NCBI GenBank assembly: GCA_965116535.1
Contig: OZ220703.1
Coordinates: 385,545-449,544 of the forward strand
Source: Acidimicrobiales bacterium
GTDB lineage: Bacteria > Actinomycetota > Acidimicrobiia > Acidimicrobiales > Bin134
Reading direction: 5' to 3'
Length of the DNA: 64,000 nt
Below the pieces are notes generated by a model. It had not been told where the DNA came from, did not search any database, and saw nothing but the letters and a program-made list of their open reading frames with translations. The translations under genes and the position numbers were made by a program. Each line of letters begins with the position of its first letter. Within the stretch, counting starts at the first letter, position 1. Shown here one piece after another: positions 51,416 to 59,550 of the stretch.

Positions 51416-53274
51416 CCGCCACCCTGCCCCCGACGACCGGGCCCCAACCGGGTGGGCCGCAGCCGGAAGCTCCGCTGGCTGCCCCTCGGCCCGCGTTCGC
51501 CCACGATTGGCGGCGGATCGCCCGCATGGGTTCGATCGCCGCCTTCGGGCAGATCTTCATCGCCTTGTCCAACATGCCGGTCAGGCTCGACGAGCGGCTG
51601 ATCGTCAAGCCGGTGCTGAGCTTGGGGTACCTCGTCTTGTTGATCCTGCCGTTCGCCGTCGGCTACCGCCAGGGCCATCAGATCAAACGCGAGGGCGTGC
51701 TCACCTACGCCCCGGGACCGAATGAGGTAGTGGGCGGGGTCTGCTGCGGAGCCTTGGCGGGCGGAGGTCTGTCGCTGCTGGCGGTGCTAATCACTCACTT
51801 CGACCTTCGCGAGCCCCTGGTCAATTGGAGCCCAATACTCCTCGACTTGCTGTCCTTCGGCGACGCGACGTGGTTCGCAGTAGTGATCTGGCTGGTGATC
51901 GGCGCGGGGATGGGCGCGGCGGGAGGCGGGTTACGACTGCTCGGGCCTCGGAGCCGTCGGGCGATTATCACCATTGTCCTCGCCGTGGCCGGTGCGGCGG
52001 TGCTGGAGTCACTGGTGGTGGACTTGGCCGAGGGATTGGGGCTCGAAGCGCTGACCGACCGCTTGTATGCCCGGCGGGGCGGAGTGGACTGGCCCAGTGC
52101 CGTGGGACTGGCCGTCGTCTCGGGCATGCTCGGCGTGCTGGGCCGGGGCCGTTTCCGCCAGGCCCGGGCCCGCGTCACCGAGCTGGAGGGCGCTCAGCGC
52201 ACCCGGGCCAACGTGGGGCTCATCCTCTTGACCGCGGCCGTGCTGATCGTGTTGCCGCTGTTCGCGGGCAAGCTCACCAATGAGCTGCTGGCCAATGTCG
52301 GGCTGTTCGTGCTGCTGGCCCTGGGCCTCAACGTGGTGGTCGGCCTGGCCGGCATTCTCGATTTGGGCTACGTGGCCTTCTTCGCCGTCGGCAGCTACTC
52401 GGCCGCGGTGCTCACCGCGGCCACTTCTCCCAAGATCGCCCCCGAGATGCCCTGGCTGGCGGCCCTCATCGTGGTGGTGATCATCACCGGCCTCGTGGGG
52501 CTGTTCATCGGCGCGCCGGTGATCCGAATGCGGGGCGACTATTTGGCCATCGTCACCCTGGGATTCGGCGAGATCATCCGACTGCTTTTCTTGTCCGACT
52601 GGTTGTCGGGGTGGTTTGGCGGGTCCCAGGGCATTACCAATATCCCCGCGGCGGGCATTTTCGGCCTCACCGATGTGGCCGGCACCGACCCGCGCCGGGT
52701 CTTCTATTTGGTATTGGCCTTCTGCGCCCTGGCCATCTACGTCTCGTGGCGGCTGGAGCGCTCCCGGCTGGGGCGGGCCTGGATGGCGGTGCGCGAGGAC
52801 GAGACGGTGGCCGAGGCCATGGGCATCAACACCGTCAACGTGAAGCTGCTGGCCTTCGTGGTGGGCGCGGTGCTGGGATCGTTCAGCGGGGCCATCTTCG
52901 CGGCCAAGGTCGGATCGGTGTTCCCGGCGAGCTTTCTGATCTTGGTGTCGATTGTGATCCTCGTGGTGGTGATCTTCGGGGGCATGGGCAACATCGTTGG
53001 AGTGATCGCCGGCTCCGCGGTGCTGATCGGGGTGCTGGGGGGTCCGAAGCAGCCCGGCCTGCTGGTGGAATTCTCCGAGTTCAAGCTGCTCATTTACGGG
53101 GCGCTGCTCATCTGGATGATGCTGGCCCGGCCCGAGGGCCTCATCCCCAGCGTGCGGCGCACGCGCGAGCTGCGCCAGCATGAGATGGCCCAGGATGCCT
53201 GGCTCCGGGGCGAAGTCGATGACGATGACGGCGGGAACGGGACTGGCGGCTCGCCGTCGGCGGTGAAGCCATGA
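51412..53274 (+). CDS. livM: Branched-chain amino acid ABC transporter permease (LivM-type) with a ~260-aa extra N-terminal membrane region
   Basis: 620-aa ORF with an ATGA overlap with livH. The C-terminal half shows the LivM pattern LALGLNVVVGLAGILDLGYVAFFAVGSY...GDYLAIVTLGFGEI. Confidence 0.85.
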   Translation: MTATLPPTTGPQPGGPQPEAPLAAPRPAFAHDWRRIARMGSIAAFGQIFIALSNMPVRLDERLIVKPVLSLGYLVLLILPFAVGYRQGHQIKREGVLTYAPGPNEVVGGVCCGALAGGGLSLLAVLITHFDLREPLVNWSPILLDLLSFGDATWFAVVIWLVIGAGMGAAGGGLRLLGPRSRRAIITIVLAVAGAAVLESLVVDLAEGLGLEALTDRLYARRGGVDWPSAVGLAVVSGMLGVLGRGRFRQARARVTELEGAQRTRANVGLILLTAAVLIVLPLFAGKLTNELLANVGLFVLLALGLNVVVGLAGILDLGYVAFFAVGSYSAAVLTAATSPKIAPEMPWLAALIVVVIITGLVGLFIGAPVIRMRGDYLAIVTLGFGEIIRLLFLSDWLSGWFGGSQGITNIPAAGIFGLTDVAGTDPRRVFYLVLAFCALAIYVSWRLERSRLGRAWMAVREDETVAEAMGINTVNVKLLAFVVGAVLGSFSGAIFAAKVGSVFPASFLILVSIVILVVVIFGGMGNIVGVIAGSAVLIGVLGGPKQPGLLVEFSEFKLLIYGALLIWMMLARPEGLIPSVRRTRELRQHEMAQDAWLRGEVDDDDGGNGTGGSPSAVKP

Positions 53275-54101
53275 CCGACGTCCGACCTGCCAATGGAGCT
53301 GTGGCGGCAGGTGCCCGCCAACCGCTGCTGGAGACCCGAGGTCTCAGCGTGGACTTCGGGGGATTGCACGCTTTGGACGATCTCACTTTTGAGGTGCACG
53401 AAGGCGAGATCGTCTCGGTGATCGGACCCAACGGCGCTGGCAAGACCACCCTCTTTAACGCCATCACCGCCACGGTTGAGTCCACTGACGGCGACATCGT
53501 CTTCGAGGGCCAGTCCCTGCTGGGGCTGGATCCCAACCGGGTGACCTCGCGGGGCATTGCCCGGACGTTTCAAAACGTGCGCCTGTTCGCCAACATGTCA
53601 GTGCTGGAGAACGTGATGGTGTCGCAACACTGCCGCACCAAACAGCACGCCTTCGGGGCCTTGTTCTACACCCGGGCCTTTCGCCAGGAGGAGGCCGAGA
53701 TTCGCCAGCGGGCCGAGGGAATCCTCGGGTTTTTTGGCACCAGGCTGATCGGCTATCGGATGGACCAGCCCGCCTTCACCCTCTCCTACGCCAACCGACG
53801 CCGACTGGAGATCGCCCGGGCCATGGCCACCCAACCCAAGCTCATCCTGCTCGACGAGCCGGTGGCAGGGATGAACCCGGTGGAGTCAGCTGAGCTCACC
53901 GGCCTGATCGGCCGACTGCGCGACGAGTGGGGTTTCGCCATCGTGGTCATCGAGCACGACATGGGGGTGGTGCAAGAAGTGTCGGACCGGGTGGTGGTGC
54001 TGGACCACGGGGTGAAGATCGCCGAGGGCGACTATGCCGATGTGGCCAATGATCCCCTGGTGATCGAGGCCTATCTCGGCAAAGGAGTCGGGGAGAAATG
54101 A
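53271..54101 (+). CDS. livG: ABC transporter ATP-binding protein (LivG-type)
   Basis: 276 aa. Walker A GPNGAGKTT, a signature-like LSYANRRRLEIARA, Walker B LILLDEPVAGMN and the H-loop VIEHDM. It overlaps the upstream gene by 4 nt. Confidence 0.92.
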   Translation: MTDVRPANGAVAAGARQPLLETRGLSVDFGGLHALDDLTFEVHEGEIVSVIGPNGAGKTTLFNAITATVESTDGDIVFEGQSLLGLDPNRVTSRGIARTFQNVRLFANMSVLENVMVSQHCRTKQHAFGALFYTRAFRQEEAEIRQRAEGILGFFGTRLIGYRMDQPAFTLSYANRRRLEIARAMATQPKLILLDEPVAGMNPVESAELTGLIGRLRDEWGFAIVVIEHDMGVVQEVSDRVVVLDHGVKIAEGDYADVANDPLVIEAYLGKGVGEK

Positions 54102-54847
54102 GCAACTCCCCTTTCGAACCAGCCGCTACCCCCCTGCTGGAGATGCGCTCGGTGAATGCCCACTACGGCGCGGTGCATGCCCTGGTCGATGTGAACCTGG
54201 CGATTTACGAGGGCGAGCTGGTGTGCCTGCTCGGCGGCAACGCCAGTGGCAAGTCCACCACTCTCAAGACGCTGCTGGGAATGCTCAAGCCCACCTCAGG
54301 CGAGGTAGTGCTCGACGGCGAAGTGGTCAACGACATGCCCACCAGTTACCGGGTGTCCCGCGGTGTGACCATGGTCCCGGAGAACCGCCGGCTGTTCAAG
54401 CGGCTCACGGTGCGCGAGAACCTCGACCTCGGCGCCTATCTGCGTACCGACTCCGGTCAGATCGCGGCCGACATGGAGCGGGTGTTCGAATTGTTCCCCC
54501 GGGTCAAGGAGCGGCTCAACCAGAAGTCGGGGACGCTGTCGGGCGGCGAACAGCAGATGGTGGCCATCGGCCGGGCTCTGATGGCCGATCCGAGAGTCCT
54601 GCTCATGGACGAACCGTCGATGGGCTTGGCCCCCGCGCTGGTGCAGCAAAATTTCGAGCTGATCCAGCAGATCCACGAAGCAGGAATGACCGTGTTCATG
54701 GTGGAGCAGAACGCCAACATGGCCCTGTCCATCGCCGACCGAGGCTGGGTTCTGCAAACCGGCCGAGTCGTGCTCGACGACACCGCCGAGAACCTGCTTG
54801 CCCACCCCGACCTCCAAGCCTCCTACCTCGGCACCGCCGAGCAGTAG
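54098..54847 (+). CDS. livF: ABC transporter ATP-binding protein (LivF-type)
   Basis: 249 aa. Walker A GGNASGKST, signature LSGGEQQMVAIGRAL, Walker B LLMDEPSMGLAP and the H-loop VEQN. Confidence 0.92.
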   Translation: MSNSPFEPAATPLLEMRSVNAHYGAVHALVDVNLAIYEGELVCLLGGNASGKSTTLKTLLGMLKPTSGEVVLDGEVVNDMPTSYRVSRGVTMVPENRRLFKRLTVRENLDLGAYLRTDSGQIAADMERVFELFPRVKERLNQKSGTLSGGEQQMVAIGRALMADPRVLLMDEPSMGLAPALVQQNFELIQQIHEAGMTVFMVEQNANMALSIADRGWVLQTGRVVLDDTAENLLAHPDLQASYLGTAEQ

Positions 54848-54885
54848 GGTTGTTTTCCAACAGGCGAAGGCACTAGGAGGCAGAC

Positions 54886-55539
54886 ATGTCTGACACCCAA
54901 ACAATGACAAGCGAAATGGGCGATGCTTACCCGGCACGGTTGGATGTCGACTATCCAGAAGGGGGACTCAGTCGGGTCAAGACGCTGTTCCGGATCGTGC
55001 TGATTATCCCCATCGCGATCGTGGCGGGTTTGGTCACCGGCCAGTTCGGCGGCATCGGGCTGGACGATAGCGAGAACTGGCGGGGGCTGGTTGGTGGCGC
55101 GCTGTTCCTTCCCACACTGCTGATGATTCTGTTCCGCCGCAAGTACCCGCGTTGGTGGTTCGACTGGAACCTCGAAGTCACGAGATTCACAACCCGTGTG
55201 GGGGCCTACTTGGGCCTGCTGCGAGACGAATACCCATCAACCGATGAGAAACAAGCCGTCCGCCTCGACTTGGACTATCCCGACGCAGCCCGCGACCTGA
55301 ACCGTTGGCTGCCGATTGTCAAGTGGATTCTTGCCATCCCCCACTACATCGTTCTGGCCATCCTGTGGGTCGCAGCCATGCTCAGTGTCGTGATCGCATG
55401 GTTCGCGATCATCTTCACTGGCCGCTTCCCGCGCCGCCTCTTCGATTTCGTGGTCGGCGTTGACCGCTGGTCGCTGCGAGTAGGGGCCTATATGTGGCTG
55501 CTCATCACCGACCGCTATCCCCCCTTCTCGCTGAAGTAA
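54886..55539 (+). CDS. DUF4389-like integral membrane protein
   Basis: 217 aa. The pattern YPARLDVDYPEGGLSRVKTLFRIVLIIPIAIV ... WILAIPHYIVLAIL ... IIFTGRFPRRLFDF..G..RW.LRV.AY...LTDRYPPFSL matches my recollection of the DUF4389 family. Confidence 0.7.
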   Translation: MSDTQTMTSEMGDAYPARLDVDYPEGGLSRVKTLFRIVLIIPIAIVAGLVTGQFGGIGLDDSENWRGLVGGALFLPTLLMILFRRKYPRWWFDWNLEVTRFTTRVGAYLGLLRDEYPSTDEKQAVRLDLDYPDAARDLNRWLPIVKWILAIPHYIVLAILWVAAMLSVVIAWFAIIFTGRFPRRLFDFVVGVDRWSLRVGAYMWLLITDRYPPFSLK

Positions 55540-56023
55540 CGCAACCCAAATCGACCTGCGGACCGCCGGGCCCCTCTCAACCGAGGGTGATTTCGCGTCG
55601 GGAATCTTGTCGATTGCCATTGGGGAATGCGTCAGAGGACACGTCATTGGCGGCGGGAAACGGCCCGGCCGGTGAATCGAGCCCTACCCAGCCGAATACC
55701 GAGTTGCTGGCGACGGTACGAGGTGCCTCTTCGACACCTGGAACGTCCTGACCACCATGGACGACGCCGACCAATTCCATTGGGGCTGGAAGAACTTCTA
55801 CGACAAAGACTCCCCCATGGCCACTCCGGAACAAGTTCTAGAACTCACCCCCAACTCGGTCTTCGTGTCGTTCCAATAGTCAAGACAGCCGCCGAACGCC
55901 TGATCAGCTCTCCTGCCTGTTGGTATTAATTGCGCTTCTGAGAAGTGGCAATAAGCGGAACTGTCACTCACGTCGGGATCATGGAGGTCTAACAGCCCGC
56001 ATCCGCTGGCCAGGAGACCTGCT

Positions 56024-57679
56024 ATGTCAGACTTCAAACAGATGAAGCTGGTGGACCATGATGATCCCCTCGATGTGACGGCGCGAGTGGAGTCAGAGCA
56101 AGAACTGGCGGCTTTGGCTTGGGCCATCATCAGCAACGGGTCACTTACTGATCTCTCTGCAGCGGAGAGGGAACTCGTTGAAGCAGCTAGTGAGGCTCCT
56201 AGCGGCACCATTGGCAACTTTGTCCCTGCCATCCAGCAAGGAGGCGACCCTTTGGGGGATGCGTTCGTGCAACTGCGGTCTGCCCGGCAGCGACGCTCTT
56301 CGGGTGCGGTGTACACCCCTCCTGAGATTGTGGATGCAATGGTTGGCTGGATTTCCTCAAAGGAGCGGCCTGCTCGAATCATCGATCCTGGCTCAGGGTC
56401 GGGACGATTCGCCCTGAAGGCTGGACGTATCTTTCACGATGCTTCGCTGGTGGCGGTCGAGCTGGACCCGCTTGCCGCCCTGTTGTGCCGAGCCAATTTG
56501 ACGGCGGCAGGGCTCGATGGTCGCTCCCGTGTAGTGGTGGACGACTACCGACAAGCTGATCTCGGCCGGTGTGAAGGGGTAACCGCATTTGTGGGCAATC
56601 CTCCATACGTTCGCCACCACCAGATCGAACGCCGATGGAAGGAATGGCTGACGAGCAGCGCGGCCAGCCGCGGATTGCCTGTAAGTGCTCTTGCCGGCAT
56701 GCACATCCACTTTTTCTTGGCCACACTGCTGCACGCGCGATCAGGAGACGTCGGTGCCTTCATCACTTCAGCCGAGTGGATGGATGTCAACTACGGGCGA
56801 CTGCTGCGAGGAATGCTCACCGACGGTCTGGGCGGTGAGTCCGTCCACGTCCTCGCTCCAGATGCGATGCCCTTCGAAGGTACAGCAACGACAGCATCGG
56901 TGGTCTGCTTTCGAGTCGGCTCGGAGGCTTCCTCGGTCAAGATGCGCCAAGTCAAGAAGGTGGAAGACCTCGCCAACCTCGCCCGAGGGCGCAGAATGGA
57001 CAAACAGAAGCTGAAGCAAGAGAAGAGGTGGTCGCCGCTGCTGATCTCGGCCCCGCCGACGCCCGAGGGATACGTCCAGTTAGGAGAACTCTGCCGGGTA
57101 CATCGGGGAGCTGTCACCGGTGCCAACTCCACCTGGATCACCAAAGCCAATGATCCCGCACTGCCACCAAGGGCGCTATTCCCGTCTGTGACTAAAGCCC
57201 GGGAGCTATTCGACTCCCCCAACGGTGTGCTGTCGAGCTTCGCCGGCCTTCGAGCTGTTATCGACTTGCCCGCCGACTTGGAAGAACTCGATGACGAAGA
57301 ACGCATTCAAGTAGAGCGATTTTTACGGCTGGCAGAGCGAGACGGCGCTCGCTCATCTTATGTTGCTCGACATCGCAATCCCTGGTGGTCTGTAGGCCTG
57401 CGGTCCCCAGCCCCGATATTGGCAACATATATGGCCCGACGCCCTCCGGCATTTGTCCGCAACCTCGTTGGCGCCCGGCACGTCAACGTCGCCCACGGCA
57501 TCTACCCGAGGGAACCTCTGCCCGACGACCTCTTGGATGCTCTCGCCGCGGCGCTGAGAACCGGCGTCTCTGTGGCACAGGGAAGGACATACGCAGGCGG
57601 GCTAACCAAGTTCGAGCCCTCGGAGATGGAGCGCATCCCCGTTCCCAATCCCGTATTGCTGGCTGATCTGTCGTCGTGA
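56024..57679 (+). CDS. Gamma-class N6-adenine DNA methyltransferase (Eco57I/TaqI-like type II methylase)
   Basis: 551 aa. Motifs seen: GAVYTPPEIVDAMV, SAM-binding motif I IIDPGSGSGRF, and catalytic motif IV FVGNPPYV (NPPY at 56597-56608). Motif I precedes motif IV, which defines the gamma class. A TaqI-C-like target-recognition region is present (LGELCRVHRGAVTGANSTW). Confidence 0.9.
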   Translation: MSDFKQMKLVDHDDPLDVTARVESEQELAALAWAIISNGSLTDLSAAERELVEAASEAPSGTIGNFVPAIQQGGDPLGDAFVQLRSARQRRSSGAVYTPPEIVDAMVGWISSKERPARIIDPGSGSGRFALKAGRIFHDASLVAVELDPLAALLCRANLTAAGLDGRSRVVVDDYRQADLGRCEGVTAFVGNPPYVRHHQIERRWKEWLTSSAASRGLPVSALAGMHIHFFLATLLHARSGDVGAFITSAEWMDVNYGRLLRGMLTDGLGGESVHVLAPDAMPFEGTATTASVVCFRVGSEASSVKMRQVKKVEDLANLARGRRMDKQKLKQEKRWSPLLISAPPTPEGYVQLGELCRVHRGAVTGANSTWITKANDPALPPRALFPSVTKARELFDSPNGVLSSFAGLRAVIDLPADLEELDDEERIQVERFLRLAERDGARSSYVARHRNPWWSVGLRSPAPILATYMARRPPAFVRNLVGARHVNVAHGIYPREPLPDDLLDALAAALRTGVSVAQGRTYAGGLTKFEPSEMERIPVPNPVLLADLSS

Positions 57680-58626
57680 GCCTCTCAGATCCACCCCGTT
57701 GGACAACCGAGGAGTTCGACGAACAACGCGAATTGGCCCGAGAAGTGTTCCGCTCCCAACGCCTCAATGAGTCTCAAGGCGTGTATTCCGAATCCTTCTC
57801 CGAGTGCCTCCGCTACGTGAAGGAACTGCTGGAGAAGACAGAAGGGCTCTCACGGCTGGCAACTATTCCGGGCAGCCAGTTGCCTGATCCTGAGCTATTG
57901 GAAGTACTCACCAACCCCGACCTGCTAGAGACTTTGCGCTATGTGGTCGGCCCACCCATCTCTGCCGATGATCTGGCTGAATTGGCCGACACATCACTTG
58001 CTCCCCGCGTTTTGCTGGAAGACGCTGTGGCGTCCATCCGAGTGGCAAACACCATCGCTCAAGGACTCGACCCCAAGCGGTTCCCTTGGGTCAACCAAGG
58101 TCGCCAACCCGAACATTCCGAGCAGGACGCTGCTGCCTTGGCAACGGCAGCCCTCATGGCCACCCGACGGGTAGAAACCGCCCGGCGCATGCAGTCGAAG
58201 GACCAGGAAGAGGCAGTGAAGGCCCGCCTCAGGGAAGCGGGTATGACCGAAGTCGAACCGCGGACCGTCTCTCCCGGCTTGCTCAATGCTCCAGATCCGG
58301 GTGAATTTTGCGGAGAAGCAAAGTTCGGTACTCGAAAGGCAGACCTGATCGTGAGACTGCACGATGGACGGTGCATGCCCATCGAGTGCAAAGTGTCCAA
58401 CTCCTCCACAAACTCCGTCAAGCGGCTCAACAACGACGCCGCCGCCAAAGCCTCCGCTTGGATCGAAGAATTCGGAAGCGGAGCCACCGTCCCCAGCGCC
58501 GTTCTTTCAGGCATTTTCAAAACCCACAATCTCGAACAAGCCCAAGCTCAACACCTAACCATCTTCTGGACCCACAACCTCGACCCGCTGGCATCCTTTA
58601 TCCGCTCGACGGAGGAAATCGCCTAG
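57676..58626 (+). CDS. Candidate type II restriction endonuclease (PD-(D/E)xK fold), partner of the upstream methylase
   Basis: 316 aa. Its GTG start overlaps the methylase stop (GTGA), indicating translational coupling. The motif KADLIVRLHDGRCMPIECKV supplies D...ExK (D 58342 or 58363, E 58384, K 58390). Assignment to the SalI/XamI-like family is only a guess from the size and the partner type. Confidence 0.6.
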   Translation: MSLSDPPRWTTEEFDEQRELAREVFRSQRLNESQGVYSESFSECLRYVKELLEKTEGLSRLATIPGSQLPDPELLEVLTNPDLLETLRYVVGPPISADDLAELADTSLAPRVLLEDAVASIRVANTIAQGLDPKRFPWVNQGRQPEHSEQDAAALATAALMATRRVETARRMQSKDQEEAVKARLREAGMTEVEPRTVSPGLLNAPDPGEFCGEAKFGTRKADLIVRLHDGRCMPIECKVSNSSTNSVKRLNNDAAAKASAWIEEFGSGATVPSAVLSGIFKTHNLEQAQAQHLTIFWTHNLDPLASFIRSTEEIA

Positions 58627-59417
58627 ATGGTTCCGGAGGTTCCGACGGGCTGATCCGCCTCAGAAAGGACAAAGGCGCAATAGTTGAGAAACGCTATGGC
58701 TCTTAGGCTGTTCTCCTCTGTGCCATAGTCCACTGACTCACCGTGCAAAACGAGGTGTCGGTTCAAGTCGCTAAAGTTGTCGGGCCTCTTCTTTTTTGAA
58801 AGAGCGAGTGGCCAGTCTGGCGTGCTTAGAGCGAGCACAAACTCGCGTGAATTTGCATCTTCGGCTAACTCGGCGAGCGTTTCAATGGCGTTACCGATGT
58901 CTCCGCTGAACAAGTTGCAATCGATCCTGTCACGCCAAATTCCATCTGCTTGAGCCAACAAGACGGGAACGGACAGAAAGTAACTGCCACCTCGATGCGC
59001 GTCGAACGCCTGCCGCAGGACCGGTCCACGGTGTGGAAATTCGGCAATCAACTTCGCTTCAATACTCTCCAAGCCCTCTCGATATGCGTTCTTCATGATC
59101 TCGTCGACCGCGTCGGGATCGCTGTCACTCCATGACGCCAGCATCACAATCTGAATAGGAGCCATCCGAGGATCGGGGTACCAACCGTGCTCGATCAGGA
59201 TGCCTATTTCACTGTGGTCAACCTGCACGAAGCGTGCAAGTTGGTTGCCTCTCAGTTCTTCCAGTGGCAACGCAGCATTGGCAATTGCTGCCATTGCAGT
59301 TTCGCCATGTTCTGCGAACCAAGCCACAAAGGTATGCATGGAAGTAGCAAATTTCTCCAGACCTGAGGTCCATTCAGGGGGCAGGATGCGAACGATGTGG
59401 TCCAAAATCGTTGGCAT
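58623..59417 (-). CDS. Orphan 264-aa protein with a C-terminal RxxxxHG (HEPN-like) motif
   Basis: ORF track 58623..59495. I prefer the ATG at 59417 (MPTILDH), which has AGGAAAGGA 4 nt upstream. The motif NRHLVLHG lies at 58743-58760, followed by a predicted helix (LRAIAFLNYCAFVL). I recognise no other family signature. Coding looks real: the ORF is long and has an SD. GC is lower, like the R-M genes. Confidence 0.65.
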   Translation of the reverse strand: MPTILDHIVRILPPEWTSGLEKFATSMHTFVAWFAEHGETAMAAIANAALPLEELRGNQLARFVQVDHSEIGILIEHGWYPDPRMAPIQIVMLASWSDSDPDAVDEIMKNAYREGLESIEAKLIAEFPHRGPVLRQAFDAHRGGSYFLSVPVLLAQADGIWRDRIDCNLFSGDIGNAIETLAELAEDANSREFVLALSTPDWPLALSKKKRPDNFSDLNRHLVLHGESVDYGTEENSLRAIAFLNYCAFVLSEADQPVGTSGTI

Positions 59418-59550
59418 TCTGTCCTTTCCTGCGAACCCTTCACTTGCGGTCCACAGTGCGCAAAGCTGATGGGAAGCTTGAGCAAACCGCCACAAAGTTT
59501 AGTTGACCAGGGACTTTGCACGAGGTGCGATTTTCCTGGTTTCTCAGAGA

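Noticed and set aside
55676-55879. A 67-codon open frame (…PAEYRVAGDGTRCLFDTWNVLTTMDDADQFHWGWKNFYDKDSPMATPEQVLELTPNSVFVSFQ) at the left border of the low-GC insert; possible gene remnant.
   Set aside because: The only in-frame start is an ATG giving 40 aa. I found no SD and no recognisable family. It may be a truncated fragment left by the insertion, but the evidence is too thin to call a pseudogene.
55798-56382. Minus-strand 194-aa ORF overlapping the start of the methyltransferase gene.
   Set aside because: It is antisense to a well-supported CDS with clear motifs, and it has no motifs or SD of its own.
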